Of a stretch of DNA of 64,000 nucleotides, positions 9,660 through 18,951 are shown one piece after another. The notes under the pieces are model-generated. The model did not search any database and had not been told where the DNA came from. It worked only from the letters and a program-made list of their open reading frames with translations. The translations under genes were made by a program, and so were the position numbers. The stretch's first letter is position 1. Each line of letters starts with the position of its first letter. This stretch comes from Candidatus Cloacimonadota bacterium (GTDB lineage Bacteria; Cloacimonadota; Cloacimonadia; Cloacimonadales; TCS61), in contig JAIPGP010000004.1 in the NCBI GenBank assembly GCA_021735645.1, positions 3,225 through 67,224 of the forward strand, written 5' to 3'.

Positions 9660-12600
9660 TTATTTGATTAAAATGATTTTCTTGGTAATATCAAGATTAC
9701 GAGCTTTCAATCTGGCAAAATACATTCCTGTACCTGTAGTTTTACCTGAAGCATTTCTTCCATCCCAGACTACAGAATGATTACCCTTATCAAGATGTTC
9801 ATTGACCAATTCCCTGACTAATTGCCCTTTGATATTATAAATACTGAGATTTATCTCAGTGTTTTCACTCAAATTAAATGAAAGGGTTGTCGAAGGGTTA
9901 AATGGATTAGGATAGCTTTTTAAAACTGTCACAGCATTCCCGAAATTATCTTCAGGTTTTTCTCTTGCTGATGAATAAACTTGAATATCATCAAAGGCAA
10001 ATCCGTCATAACCGATAATCTCATTATCGTAATGCTGAAATTTAACAACGTAATGTGAATTTAGATCCCAGGTAAGATTCGCTGCAATTGCTGATATATC
10101 CAACACTACATTTGTCCATGTTTTATCTTCATGATGCTCACCATTAATATCATAGATTTTTACAAAATTCAATCCCGCATCCTTAGAGAGGTAAATTCCG
10201 TCTCCAGCCTGATATTCATCAGCGAAATCTCTCCACCAGAAATCAAGTTCTACATCAGTTTCATCCTCAAGGTCCAAATATAAAAATGCCCTGTTATACA
10301 CATAAACTCCAGTTGTATCACTTGACATAACAAGATATTCCTGGCCCCCATGAGCATACCCATAATCAGAAGTGACTTCAATCAAACCATGTGCATCACT
10401 GGATTCAATATCCCAGTAATCATCCAGACCTGATTCGAAATCTATACTATAGGGAAGTTCAGCATAGTTTGAATAGATTTGAATATCATCAAAAGCAAAG
10501 CCATCGCTACTTATTGGAAAATTATCATACTGTTCGAATCTGATAATGAAATTATTGTTATATTCCAATCCTGCCGTGTTTATGGCTGCATCAAGATCTA
10601 TCACTATATTTTCCCAGCCACTGCCATTAATTAATGAATAAATTTTACTGAAGTGATCTCCATTGTCATCTGATATGAATACGCCATCATAATAATGAGT
10701 TTCATCATTAAATTCCCTCCACCAGAAATCAAGCATCAATCTGTCTTCGCCTGTGAGATTTAGATGTAAATCTGCCTTGTTGTATACATATTCATAGAAT
10801 GTATTTGAGTCCATGGTCATATGCTTTGTTCCACTATGAGGGGAATTATCTGAAGTAATTAAAATTCTGCCATAAGTCGGATCTGTCTCTAATCTCCAAT
10901 TCTTATCCAGCCCCTCCTCGAATCCCATCGAATAAGGTACTGTAGCATATGTCTTCAAATAACGGTATTCCCTTAAATCCTGAACGTAGTTTGCCCTGTT
11001 GGCTGTTATTATCCAGTTATCACCAACTGAGCTATTAAATTGATAAGGTGATATCCCACGTCCCTGGAGCACTCCTGCATCATTTATTACACTTACAAGT
11101 GCTTCAACAGGATTACCCTGAGTATCAAAAACTTCAAATTCAGGATATGGATTAACAGGGTCTACAATGATATTTTCACTAAGAACAAGTTGCCTGGCTT
11201 CATCAGACCATATACTCAAACTTGGATCTCCGAATAAGGTATAACCTAAATATATTAACCTGTACAAATACATTGAAAAGAGATTGTCATATAAATGCCA
11301 GGCTTCATTAGTTATATATCCCAAAGTATGTTCATCGTCAATAAACTGTAAATCCAGATATTCCTGTACTATAAATCGTGAAATACTCGGATAATCGGTT
11401 GCCGATGAGGCATAGATTGCTACTGGACCACCCACGTGATTAAAAAATACTTCATTGATACAATTCTCTGCATTATAAACCGTCACAGGTTCAGTTTCCA
11501 CCCAATAGTCTGACCAGCCATTGGGTCCCAAATTACAGATGACTTCGTCATATTCATCTCTGGCACAATCCTGGGAAGAACTTATATAATTCAAGTCCAT
11601 TGTTCTACATGATGCTATCCAGGTAAAGTATGTATTCCCAAGTGATTGTGGTAAAACATCTTCAAGCTGCAGGTAACTCTCTGCTGGAGTTGTGTAGAAA
11701 TATTTCCATTCACCATCATGGGCTCCACCTACCTGTAGTTCATAATAACAACTCCCTTCATCTACTTTATTAGTATTTATGCTTAAAGATTGCTTATGAT
11801 GACCAAAACCCTGCTCGTAGGCTGAATCGTTATGATCAAACTCACTGTCCAGGATAGTAAATTGATCCACTCCATGCCATACTCCATATAAAAATGAGTA
11901 ATCCCTGGACTGAAGCACATCTACCACTTCAGTAGCTGGACCATTTACTACGTCAACTAAATCTTCACATAACAATGATTCACAGCTAATAGTATTTCCA
12001 ACATGGGTCATTATATCACTCACAAAAGAATCGTATAGATCATAAGAATCATTTTTTGGTACATTTGTGGATATAAAACTCATCCTGGCAACATCATTAA
12101 TATCATTCGTCCGATAATTCTGGTACTTGGTTATATAATTTTCAACCTCAGTAGAATTACTTACTGGTAATCGACCCACGTAAAGATCAATATCAGTATC
12201 TATGTCCATTATATCATCATCCTGAGGCCAGACTGATAATACATTACTATAATAAAAATCGGTTGATGCAGTAATAGTACTTCCTAAATGGTCATATACT
12301 ATTTGATGCGACGGAACTAAATCAGTACTACCTCCGATTATCACATATTGCAAGCTTGGATATGTCGTTTTCCGGGCTGCCAGCCAGTTTCTTATTGCTG
12401 TAGAAGTTGAATCTGTGGTTGCTAATGTGACTACATCTGTCACTATTCCTTCTTCAGTCTTGATCTCTGCAAACTCTTCAAAATCATCTTCCAATGCATC
12501 AACCGTAATGATTACTAACTCTGCAGCAAGTGATCGGTTATCTCTCAACTCTTGATGATTAATTTTGTGCTCTGTATTCTCCATCGATGAAATTATGGTC

Positions 12601-12746
12601 TCTACATCGACTCTGTACTTATCAGGAATACTAATATCCTGATTACCAATTGTCTCTGCACATAATAAAGCCCCACTTAGAAGTCCAAATGTAATTGTGC
12701 AGATCAAAACTAAAAACCCATTCTTGTTAACTCTAATACTTGTCAT
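9660..12746 (-). CDS. gingipain-like (peptidase C25 family) surface protein with two MAM-like modules and T9SS C-terminal sorting domain
   Basis: 1028 aa with AGGAGG 7 nt upstream of the ATG. C25-type motifs (YVIIGGSTDLVP, STDFYYSN, LYVGRLPVSN, WHGVDQ, WIASCRT). Two about 175-aa repeats each end in GFAFDDIQ(I/V)YS. C-terminus SYPNPFNPSTTLSFNL...IYNIKGQLV...WDGRNASG...GMYFARLKA. 22 nt upstream of the next C25 gene. Confidence 0.8.
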   Translation of the reverse strand: MTSIRVNKNGFLVLICTITFGLLSGALLCAETIGNQDISIPDKYRVDVETIISSMENTEHKINHQELRDNRSLAAELVIITVDALEDDFEEFAEIKTEEGIVTDVVTLATTDSTSTAIRNWLAARKTTYPSLQYVIIGGSTDLVPSHQIVYDHLGSTITASTDFYYSNVLSVWPQDDDIMDIDTDIDLYVGRLPVSNSTEVENYITKYQNYRTNDINDVARMSFISTNVPKNDSYDLYDSFVSDIMTHVGNTISCESLLCEDLVDVVNGPATEVVDVLQSRDYSFLYGVWHGVDQFTILDSEFDHNDSAYEQGFGHHKQSLSINTNKVDEGSCYYELQVGGAHDGEWKYFYTTPAESYLQLEDVLPQSLGNTYFTWIASCRTMDLNYISSSQDCARDEYDEVICNLGPNGWSDYWVETEPVTVYNAENCINEVFFNHVGGPVAIYASSATDYPSISRFIVQEYLDLQFIDDEHTLGYITNEAWHLYDNLFSMYLYRLIYLGYTLFGDPSLSIWSDEARQLVLSENIIVDPVNPYPEFEVFDTQGNPVEALVSVINDAGVLQGRGISPYQFNSSVGDNWIITANRANYVQDLREYRYLKTYATVPYSMGFEEGLDKNWRLETDPTYGRILITSDNSPHSGTKHMTMDSNTFYEYVYNKADLHLNLTGEDRLMLDFWWREFNDETHYYDGVFISDDNGDHFSKIYSLINGSGWENIVIDLDAAINTAGLEYNNNFIIRFEQYDNFPISSDGFAFDDIQIYSNYAELPYSIDFESGLDDYWDIESSDAHGLIEVTSDYGYAHGGQEYLVMSSDTTGVYVYNRAFLYLDLEDETDVELDFWWRDFADEYQAGDGIYLSKDAGLNFVKIYDINGEHHEDKTWTNVVLDISAIAANLTWDLNSHYVVKFQHYDNEIIGYDGFAFDDIQVYSSAREKPEDNFGNAVTVLKSYPNPFNPSTTLSFNLSENTEINLSIYNIKGQLVRELVNEHLDKGNHSVVWDGRNASGKTTGTGMYFARLKARNLDITKKIILIK

Positions 12747-12937
12747 TCTAATACCTCCTGTTCTTTTTTATTTAATGACTATCCGTACAAATCCGCTTAA
12801 GTTATTTAGCTTGAATTTGCACAAGCCATGATTACTCTGTCATACTACTCATTCTCTGATATCCTCTATTCAACCTGGAATAGTATTTCCCTGATGCAAT
12901 CCGCTGCCATCTCCTGCTTTAATGATGAATGACAACA

Positions 12938-13510
12938 TTATTCCAATTGGATATATTCCGGTACCTCAAAATTCACATAATCATCAAATGATTTTATTAT
13001 GTGCCTTGAATCTCCCAATATTGATGCAACATAAACAATATTTTGATCGATTTCAATAGCTGTTGATATGTCTAACCCAAATATTACACTGGATAATTGC
13101 TGGGTATAATTATAATAGTAATCTTCACTATGTTTCACGTATCCTCTGTATAACCTGCCTTCGGTTACTCCGCTTTATAATTTTCTTGATATATCAGGAT
13201 TTCTAAGAATCCAGCTAAACACTTCTACATGATTTTCTAATACATATAGGATGTCATAAATATCTTGTCCATAGCTTAAATCTGGAATTATATCAGCAGC
13301 GATACTAGTTATATTGTTGTTTGTATATAAGGTGCTGTCTATCCAGGTTGCCGTTTCTCCGAAATCAGTTGAAGGATATAAACTATAGCCTGTTACAATA
13401 AATCCCAGAAAGTATATATCTCCAGCTTCAAACCAAAAGATTATCAATGTGTAGCAAAATAAATTTTCACTATTCATTAATAATAATAACTTCAATATTG
13501 ATTTTTTCAT
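12938..13510 (-). pseudogene. hypothetical ORF interrupted by one in-frame TAA (13175-13177)
   Basis: Track ORFs 13175..13510 and 12938..13138 are in the same frame. My translation across the gap is ...ISRKL*SGVTEGRLYRGYVKHSEDYYY... GGAGGGGGG lies upstream of the 13510 ATG. No family recognised. Confidence 0.3.
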
Positions 13511-14495
13511 CCCCCCTCCAAATGGGCAGATAAACCTAATAATTTCGCCTTGCTGTAAAACTTCTCAATATTTAATCAAATTCCGTTTTTTTCTCTTTTG
13601 TACTACATAACATATTTTTAATTCTGGTATGATACTGTCTAGATTATTTTTTTTTCTTGTACTTATTTTTTCCTCTGCTTTATTATAGTCTAATTTGATT
13701 ATGTTTCAGTCTTCTAAATATATCTATTCATACTGGACGTTGAACTGCCAATACTCTTATATATATTATCGAGTTTCAGATTTTTTTATTTGTTATCCCT
13801 ATGGACGTATTATCGATGTCAGGGTTTTTTGCTACAGATAATTTAGCACGTGTTAATAAATCATAGTCAATCCACCCAGCTAACCGGAAGTTTTGCATGG
13901 TGCTCCAGACAAGACTTATGATGACAATAAACTCCCAAAATATGTCTCAATTAAATTACATAATACATTCCCATTTAAATTGTTTTTCCTAAAATTAAGT
14001 CAGTGGTACGGCGTAGATGACAACCATTGCAAGGTGCAAAATCTTCGAATGGTCTGATATCTTCGCAATGATTGACTTCGCAACAGAACATTTAGGTCAT
14101 GCGATCTCAAAACCTTATTAAATAAACCGAACGTTCCGGCTTAGTTAATACATTTTACATTCTGTAACTGACTTATTTCTTCTTTTTTTTTGCCCCCTGA
14201 ACTGTTCTATTATTCGCTTAATTGCTGTCAGAAAATTATTTAAACTCATTTATCGTCCCTTACCTCACCCCCTGCACCCTGCCTGTGGGTTCCCTGCGGC
14301 TTCAAAGGACGATAATTCTACTTATAGCATCATAATATAACACTAGTTCTATAATTGGTCAATAAATATCACAGACAGACATATGGGTCTGCCCCCTTCT
14401 GCAAATCTCAAAATCCCAGCCAGCTTATAAGCATCAGGTGTTCTTAGCAACCAAAACAGGACTTCAGATTTATCTGGCAGGCTGCCACAAATTTC

Positions 14496-14948
14496 TTGCC
14501 GAATTATGTGCTCTTTTCTGAAGTGGTTTCAAGGGTATTAATCATGTGCAAAAGAGAAAAACTGGAGGATAAGTATTTCCTCCTGAACTTTGACCACACC
14601 TTCCTGGCAGCCAGTCTTCAGGAAGAAGCTCTGCTCTTTGGAGCAGATTCTCATGCCCCCTTTCTCTCTAATACCGTCCGTCAGTTTCAAGCCTTCAAAC
14701 CGGATTTTACCCTGAACCACCCGCTTGATCATCTTTCCGGTGGCGAAAACGCCATTCTGGCAGTGATCTTCTATTCCGCTCTGGTTCTGCATAAAAAGAA
14801 ACCACTCCATTTCCTGCTGCAAAACATTCTGGAATCACTTTCAACCTCTAACAGACATGCCCTGATAATATTGCTGACTGAATATCAGCAGCAGGCTATC
14901 TCCTATCACCTTCTGAGTAATAATGAGGTAATCTCTATAAATGAATAG
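14496..14948 (+). CDS. truncated, degenerate ABC-ATPase-like protein (signature motif present, no Walker A)
   Basis: 150 aa at most; an in-frame TAG at 14445-14447 blocks any N-terminal extension. LSGGE signature at 14733-14747. The Walker-B position reads HFLLQNILESLS, lacking the acidic D/E pair. Overlaps the next ORF by 8 nt. Confidence 0.55.
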   Translation: MPNYVLFSEVVSRVLIMCKREKLEDKYFLLNFDHTFLAASLQEEALLFGADSHAPFLSNTVRQFQAFKPDFTLNHPLDHLSGGENAILAVIFYSALVLHKKKPLHFLLQNILESLSTSNRHALIILLTEYQQQAISYHLLSNNEVISINE

Positions 14949-15510
14949 TCTTCTCCAGATCAAGCCAGGTAAACTGAAACTAAAAAACAGACCATTTATC
15001 TTTCAGCTTGATCAGCCTTTGAAAATCGCCTCTGATAGTGGCAAAATTCTTCTGCTGATCAAGGGTGACAATGGCAGTGGCAAAACCACTTTCCTGGAGC
15101 AGGTCATTATCCCTCACCTTAAGCAAAATAATATATTATTCCTCTTTAAAGGTCAGGATAATCACATTCAGAGTATTATAGACCGCTCTCTGGAAGCTAT
15201 TTTCTCCATCTCACATTCCGGGAAAAACCTTATTTCGCAAGTTTTTTTTAATGCTCCGGCAAAACATCCAGCGAAAAAAATCACTACTCCTACAGCAGAA
15301 GTGCTGCTGATGGATGAAACTGATAAACTGCTCTCATCCAGTGAATTTGATGATATTATCAAAAATCCTGATTATAAATTACTGATCCTCATCTCACATA
15401 ACCTCGATAATCCTGAATTTCAGCAGCATTTTAATCTCTTCCCCCGAAAATATTCTCTCACTATTGCAGGACAGTCTGCGGTGCGAACCGCCAGTTTTAC
15501 AAAATGCTGA
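14941..15510 (+). CDS. ABC-ATPase-like protein with Walker A/B and H-loop but no recognisable signature motif
   Basis: 189 aa. GDNGSGKT (15064-15087), VLLMDETDKL (Walker B) and LILISHN (H-loop-like). No LSGGQ-like segment before Walker B. Confidence 0.6.
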   Translation: MNSLLQIKPGKLKLKNRPFIFQLDQPLKIASDSGKILLLIKGDNGSGKTTFLEQVIIPHLKQNNILFLFKGQDNHIQSIIDRSLEAIFSISHSGKNLISQVFFNAPAKHPAKKITTPTAEVLLMDETDKLLSSSEFDDIIKNPDYKLLILISHNLDNPEFQQHFNLFPRKYSLTIAGQSAVRTASFTKC

Positions 15511-16103
15511 AGCTCATCAAACTTATCTGCCTGATTCTGATAATTATTACCTTTTTCATAATCACCGGCTTCATCTATTATGACAGGCTATTGCTGCACT
15601 CTATCATTCTCGGTGCAGTTCTCATCCTGCATTCCTGGAAATTCTCCCTGCGTCAATCCGGTGATATGATCCTCATTCTGCTGCCCTTTACCGTTACAAT
15701 ATTTATCTTTGGTCTTTTCTTTCAGCTGATCCACCTGCAAGGCAGAACTGACTGGCTCTATGACAGCCTGATAAAAGTAATATATTTCCCGGCTTCTTTC
15801 CTGTTCACAAAACTGCTCATCTCGCTGTTCACTTATCAAGACATCCTGGGGCTTCCCCTCAGAGGCGAACTGAAAACTGATATTATCTTCCTGCAGGTTT
15901 TCATCAAAAAAGCTTTTTATATTATGCCCAGACTGCAATTCTATATAAAGATGCACCCGCTCATTCAAGGCAAAAAGGGATTTTTGAAAAATTTCCTGAT
16001 ACTTTGTGCTTTTCCACTTTCGCTTTATATTTATTTAATAGATGAAGGCAATATTATTCGCCAAATATATCTAAACAGACTTTATCATCTGGAGGAATTA
16101 TGA
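15504..16103 (+). CDS. small polytopic membrane protein, possible EcfT/CbiQ-like transmembrane component
   Basis: 199 aa with about 5 hydrophobic helices. Its position between the ATPase-like genes and an S-component-like gene supports the call. Resemblance to the CbiQ coupling region is weak (IMPRLQFYIKMHPLIQGKKG). Confidence 0.45.
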   Translation: MLKLIKLICLILIIITFFIITGFIYYDRLLLHSIILGAVLILHSWKFSLRQSGDMILILLPFTVTIFIFGLFFQLIHLQGRTDWLYDSLIKVIYFPASFLFTKLLISLFTYQDILGLPLRGELKTDIIFLQVFIKKAFYIMPRLQFYIKMHPLIQGKKGFLKNFLILCAFPLSLYIYLIDEGNIIRQIYLNRLYHLEEL

Positions 16104-16630
16104 GAAAAAATACTGTATTTCAAACAATTATGATGATTGTGCTCATCATGGCTACTACTCTCCTGATTAAAATACCTCTGCCTACCCGGGGCTACTTTAA
16201 TTTCGGTGATGTTGCAGTAGTTTTTGCAGGCCTTACCCTGGGTGCCCCCATCAAAAAAAACGGCTTACGTATTGACAATGATCATGGCATCTGGCTGGCA
16301 TTTCTGGCTGGCGGAATTGGTTCTGCCCTGGCGGATGTAATTGGTGGCTTTGCTATTTTTGCCCCCATGACTTTTATCGCCAAAGCTCTCGAATGTGCCT
16401 GGGCTGCTCTTGCCAGCACTACTAAGGGTATGTTTCACTTTCTGGCTTTAGTATTAGGAGGCGCGTTTATGGTTCTCACTTATTACGCTTTTGAATCTCT
16501 CACTCCCAGTATTGGTTTGCAGGGTTCTTTCAGCGAAATAATTCCTAATCTCATCCAGGCTGCCGGAGGATTCCTGGGAGGTAAGATCATCTTCATCGCC
16601 AGTAGACAACTCCTCACCAAAGAAAAATAG
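16100..16630 (+). CDS. ECF-transporter S-component-like membrane protein
   Basis: 176 aa with about 6 TM helices. The GYFNFGDVAVVFAGLTLG motif resembles the GYhxhGD motif of the RibU/DUF1393-type S components (recalled from memory, not searched). ATGA overlap with the upstream gene. Confidence 0.6.
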   Translation: MRKNTVFQTIMMIVLIMATTLLIKIPLPTRGYFNFGDVAVVFAGLTLGAPIKKNGLRIDNDHGIWLAFLAGGIGSALADVIGGFAIFAPMTFIAKALECAWAALASTTKGMFHFLALVLGGAFMVLTYYAFESLTPSIGLQGSFSEIIPNLIQAAGGFLGGKIIFIASRQLLTKEK

Positions 16631-16669
16631 ACCAGTTGCCCATCACGTAGCACCTGAGCATTTCGCATT

Positions 16670-16705
16670 GTCCATAATGTCCATATTGTCCATTGTGTCC
16701 ATAAA
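16670..16705. repeat. tandem 9-bp array, 4 units (GTCCATAAT GTCCATATT GTCCATTGT GTCCATAAA)
   Basis: Read directly. It begins 40 nt after the stop of 16100..16630 and is preceded by CATTTCGCATT. Confidence 0.9.
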
Positions 16706-16812
16706 AATATGACCCTTTACTGGTAATAAATCTCATAGAGTCATTATAATGTTGACGAATGAATTGGGTCAAATTTTGTTGCATGGAAATAATATTATAA
16801 TGTGAGGTAAGG

Positions 16813-18849
16813 ATGAGTAACAATCCATTAATTGAATTAAAGCGCGTAGGTAAATATGGTGCTATACCCTTTAATGAGATCACACAGGAACATTTTTTGC
16901 CGGCGATCGAGCATGGCTTGCAAGAAGCAGAAGCTAAACTGGAAACGATAAAGAACAACCCGGATAAGGCAAATTATGATAATACCTTACGGGCTATGCA
17001 GGAGCTTTCCGAAGTATCGGATATAGCTTCAACAGTATATTTTAATCTGATGAGCTGCGAATCTGATGATGAATTTAAGCAGCTTGCCCAGGAAATAGCC
17101 CCAAAATTATCGCTATTCTCCAGCAAAATGATCTCTGATCCAATACTTTTTGAACGCGTGAAATCTGTATATGAACGTCGTGAAACTATAGGACTCACCA
17201 GTCAGCAGCGTCGCTTAGTAGAGAAGCAGTATCGTGGATTTATTCGTAATGGTGCCTTGCTGAGTGATGAAGATAAACAGAAGCTGCAGGAAATTGATGT
17301 GGAGCTTTCGCAGCTTGGTCCCAAATTCGGACAAAATGTTCTGGGTGCTACCAATGCCTGGGAAAAGCATGTAATTGATGCTGAAGCAGTAGCTGGTATC
17401 CCGGAAAATGCTTTGAAGGCAGCCGCTTTTAGAGCCAGACAAAAAGGATATAAAGAAGGCTGGTTATTTAACCTGCAGATTCCCAGCGTATTGCCGGTAC
17501 TCACTTATTGCAGCAATCGGGCTTTACGGAAAGACGTTAATAGTGCTTATTCCAGCCGAGCTTATAAAGATGATTTTGATAACCAGGAAATTCTTAAACG
17601 TATCTCCTGTCTCAGATACAAAAGAGCAGAGCTTCTGGGTTACAAGAGCCATGCCGAAATAGTTCTGGAAGAGCGCATGGCACAAACCCCGGAAACTGTT
17701 ATGAGTTTTCTGGACAGATTATATGATGCCAGCATCGAGCCGGCTAAGATGGAGCTGGCAGAAATGCACGCCTTTGCCAGAGAACTGGATGGCATAGAAA
17801 AAATGAAGCCGTGGGACTTGATCTATTACGCTGAAAAGCTGAAACAGCTGAAATTTGATTATAATGCTGAGGAACTGCGTCCTTATTTTAAGATGGAAAA
17901 TGTGGTAAGCGGAATATTCAAAGTAGCAGAAAAACTATATGGCATAAGATTCAATTCTGTAGATGATGTACCCCGCTATCATGAGGATGTGCAGGTGTTT
18001 GAAGTTACAGAAGCTGATGAGAGCTATATTGGTCTGCTCTATCTGGATTTGTTCCCCCGCGAAACCAAGCGAGGAGGAGCCTGGATGACAACATTTCAAA
18101 CCCAGGGATACAGCTATGGTAAAGATAGGCAACCTCACGTATCTATTGTTACCAATTTTACTCCTTCAACCGAAGACACTCCTTCTCTGCTGAGTTTAGA
18201 TGAAGTAACTACTCTCTTCCATGAATTTGGTCATTCGCTACATGGCTTGCTTTCCAATGTGAATGAAGCTGCCCTGGCAAGCCCAAATGTCTATTGGGAC
18301 TTTGTGGAACTGCCTTCTCAGATCATGGAAAACTGGGCAACTGAGAAAGAAACCCTAGCATTGTTTGCTTATCATTATGAAACGGGAGAATTGATCCCTG
18401 ATGATCTGATCGAGAAGGTAAAAAAATCGAAATCTTTTAATGCCGGCAGCAACTCCTTGAGACAAATAGGTCTGAGTTTACTGGATATGGCATGGCATAA
18501 TGGCAATACCTGTGATATAGAAGACGTATATACCTATGAAAAGAAGGCTATAGCTAAAACCAGCCTCCTGCCCCCTCTGGCTGGAAGAAATACTTCCTGT
18601 TCATATTCACATGTATTTGCCGGTGGTTATTCTTCCGGATATTATTCTTATAAATGGGCAGAAGTTCTGGAAGCAGATGCTTTTCAACTTTTCCTGGAAA
18701 AAGGGATATTCGATAGCGATACTGCCGCTGCATTCCGTAAAAACGTTCTGGCAGCGGGTAATACAGAAGAGCCTATGGACTTGTTCGTTAAATTCAGAGG
18801 ACGTAAACCAGATCCTGATGCTTTGCTGAAAAGAGTGGGTCTAAAATAA
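16813..18849 (+). CDS. dcp: M3-family zinc metallopeptidase (peptidyl-dipeptidase Dcp / oligopeptidase A type)
   Basis: 678 aa. HEFGHSLH zinc motif with a downstream E. The length and overall pattern (ALRKDVNSAY, YYAEKLK, GGAWM) are typical of Dcp/PrlC. Confidence 0.85.
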   Translation: MSNNPLIELKRVGKYGAIPFNEITQEHFLPAIEHGLQEAEAKLETIKNNPDKANYDNTLRAMQELSEVSDIASTVYFNLMSCESDDEFKQLAQEIAPKLSLFSSKMISDPILFERVKSVYERRETIGLTSQQRRLVEKQYRGFIRNGALLSDEDKQKLQEIDVELSQLGPKFGQNVLGATNAWEKHVIDAEAVAGIPENALKAAAFRARQKGYKEGWLFNLQIPSVLPVLTYCSNRALRKDVNSAYSSRAYKDDFDNQEILKRISCLRYKRAELLGYKSHAEIVLEERMAQTPETVMSFLDRLYDASIEPAKMELAEMHAFARELDGIEKMKPWDLIYYAEKLKQLKFDYNAEELRPYFKMENVVSGIFKVAEKLYGIRFNSVDDVPRYHEDVQVFEVTEADESYIGLLYLDLFPRETKRGGAWMTTFQTQGYSYGKDRQPHVSIVTNFTPSTEDTPSLLSLDEVTTLFHEFGHSLHGLLSNVNEAALASPNVYWDFVELPSQIMENWATEKETLALFAYHYETGELIPDDLIEKVKKSKSFNAGSNSLRQIGLSLLDMAWHNGNTCDIEDVYTYEKKAIAKTSLLPPLAGRNTSCSYSHVFAGGYSSGYYSYKWAEVLEADAFQLFLEKGIFDSDTAAAFRKNVLAAGNTEEPMDLFVKFRGRKPDPDALLKRVGLK

Positions 18850-18871
18850 ATATCTGAGATTTATAAAATGA

Positions 18872-18917
18872 AGTACCTGGTATATATAACCTAAATAATA
18901 CCGGGTACTTTTTTTTC
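18872..18917 (+). terminator. Rho-independent terminator after the M3 peptidase gene
   Basis: Stem AGTACCTGGTAT / ATACCGGGTACT (one G-U pair) followed by T8. Confidence 0.75.
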
Positions 18918-18951
18918 ATATCATCAGATCAAATAAATTTACAGGAATTAA

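Noticed and set aside
13776-13898. 40-aa minus-strand ORF (MQNFRLAGWIDYDLLTRAKLSVAKNPDIDNTSIGITNKKI) with a GGAG 4 nt upstream
   Set aside because: It is too short, has only a weak SD and no recognisable motif, and sits in an AT-rich region where such ORFs arise by chance. I noted it only as something Ribo-seq could test.
14251-14495. Riboswitch upstream of the ECF-like operon (TPP, FMN, cobalamin, preQ1)
   Set aside because: I looked for CTGAGA/ACCTGATCTGGAT (TPP), the RFN core, the B12 box and preQ1 motifs and found none. The hairpins are reported only as an unexplained structured region.
16614-16958. Track ORF 16614..16958 (-), 114 aa
   Set aside because: Its repeat peptide YGHNGQYGHYGQ is just the translation of the GTCCATA nonamer array. 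It also overlaps the start of the M3 peptidase gene on the other strand.
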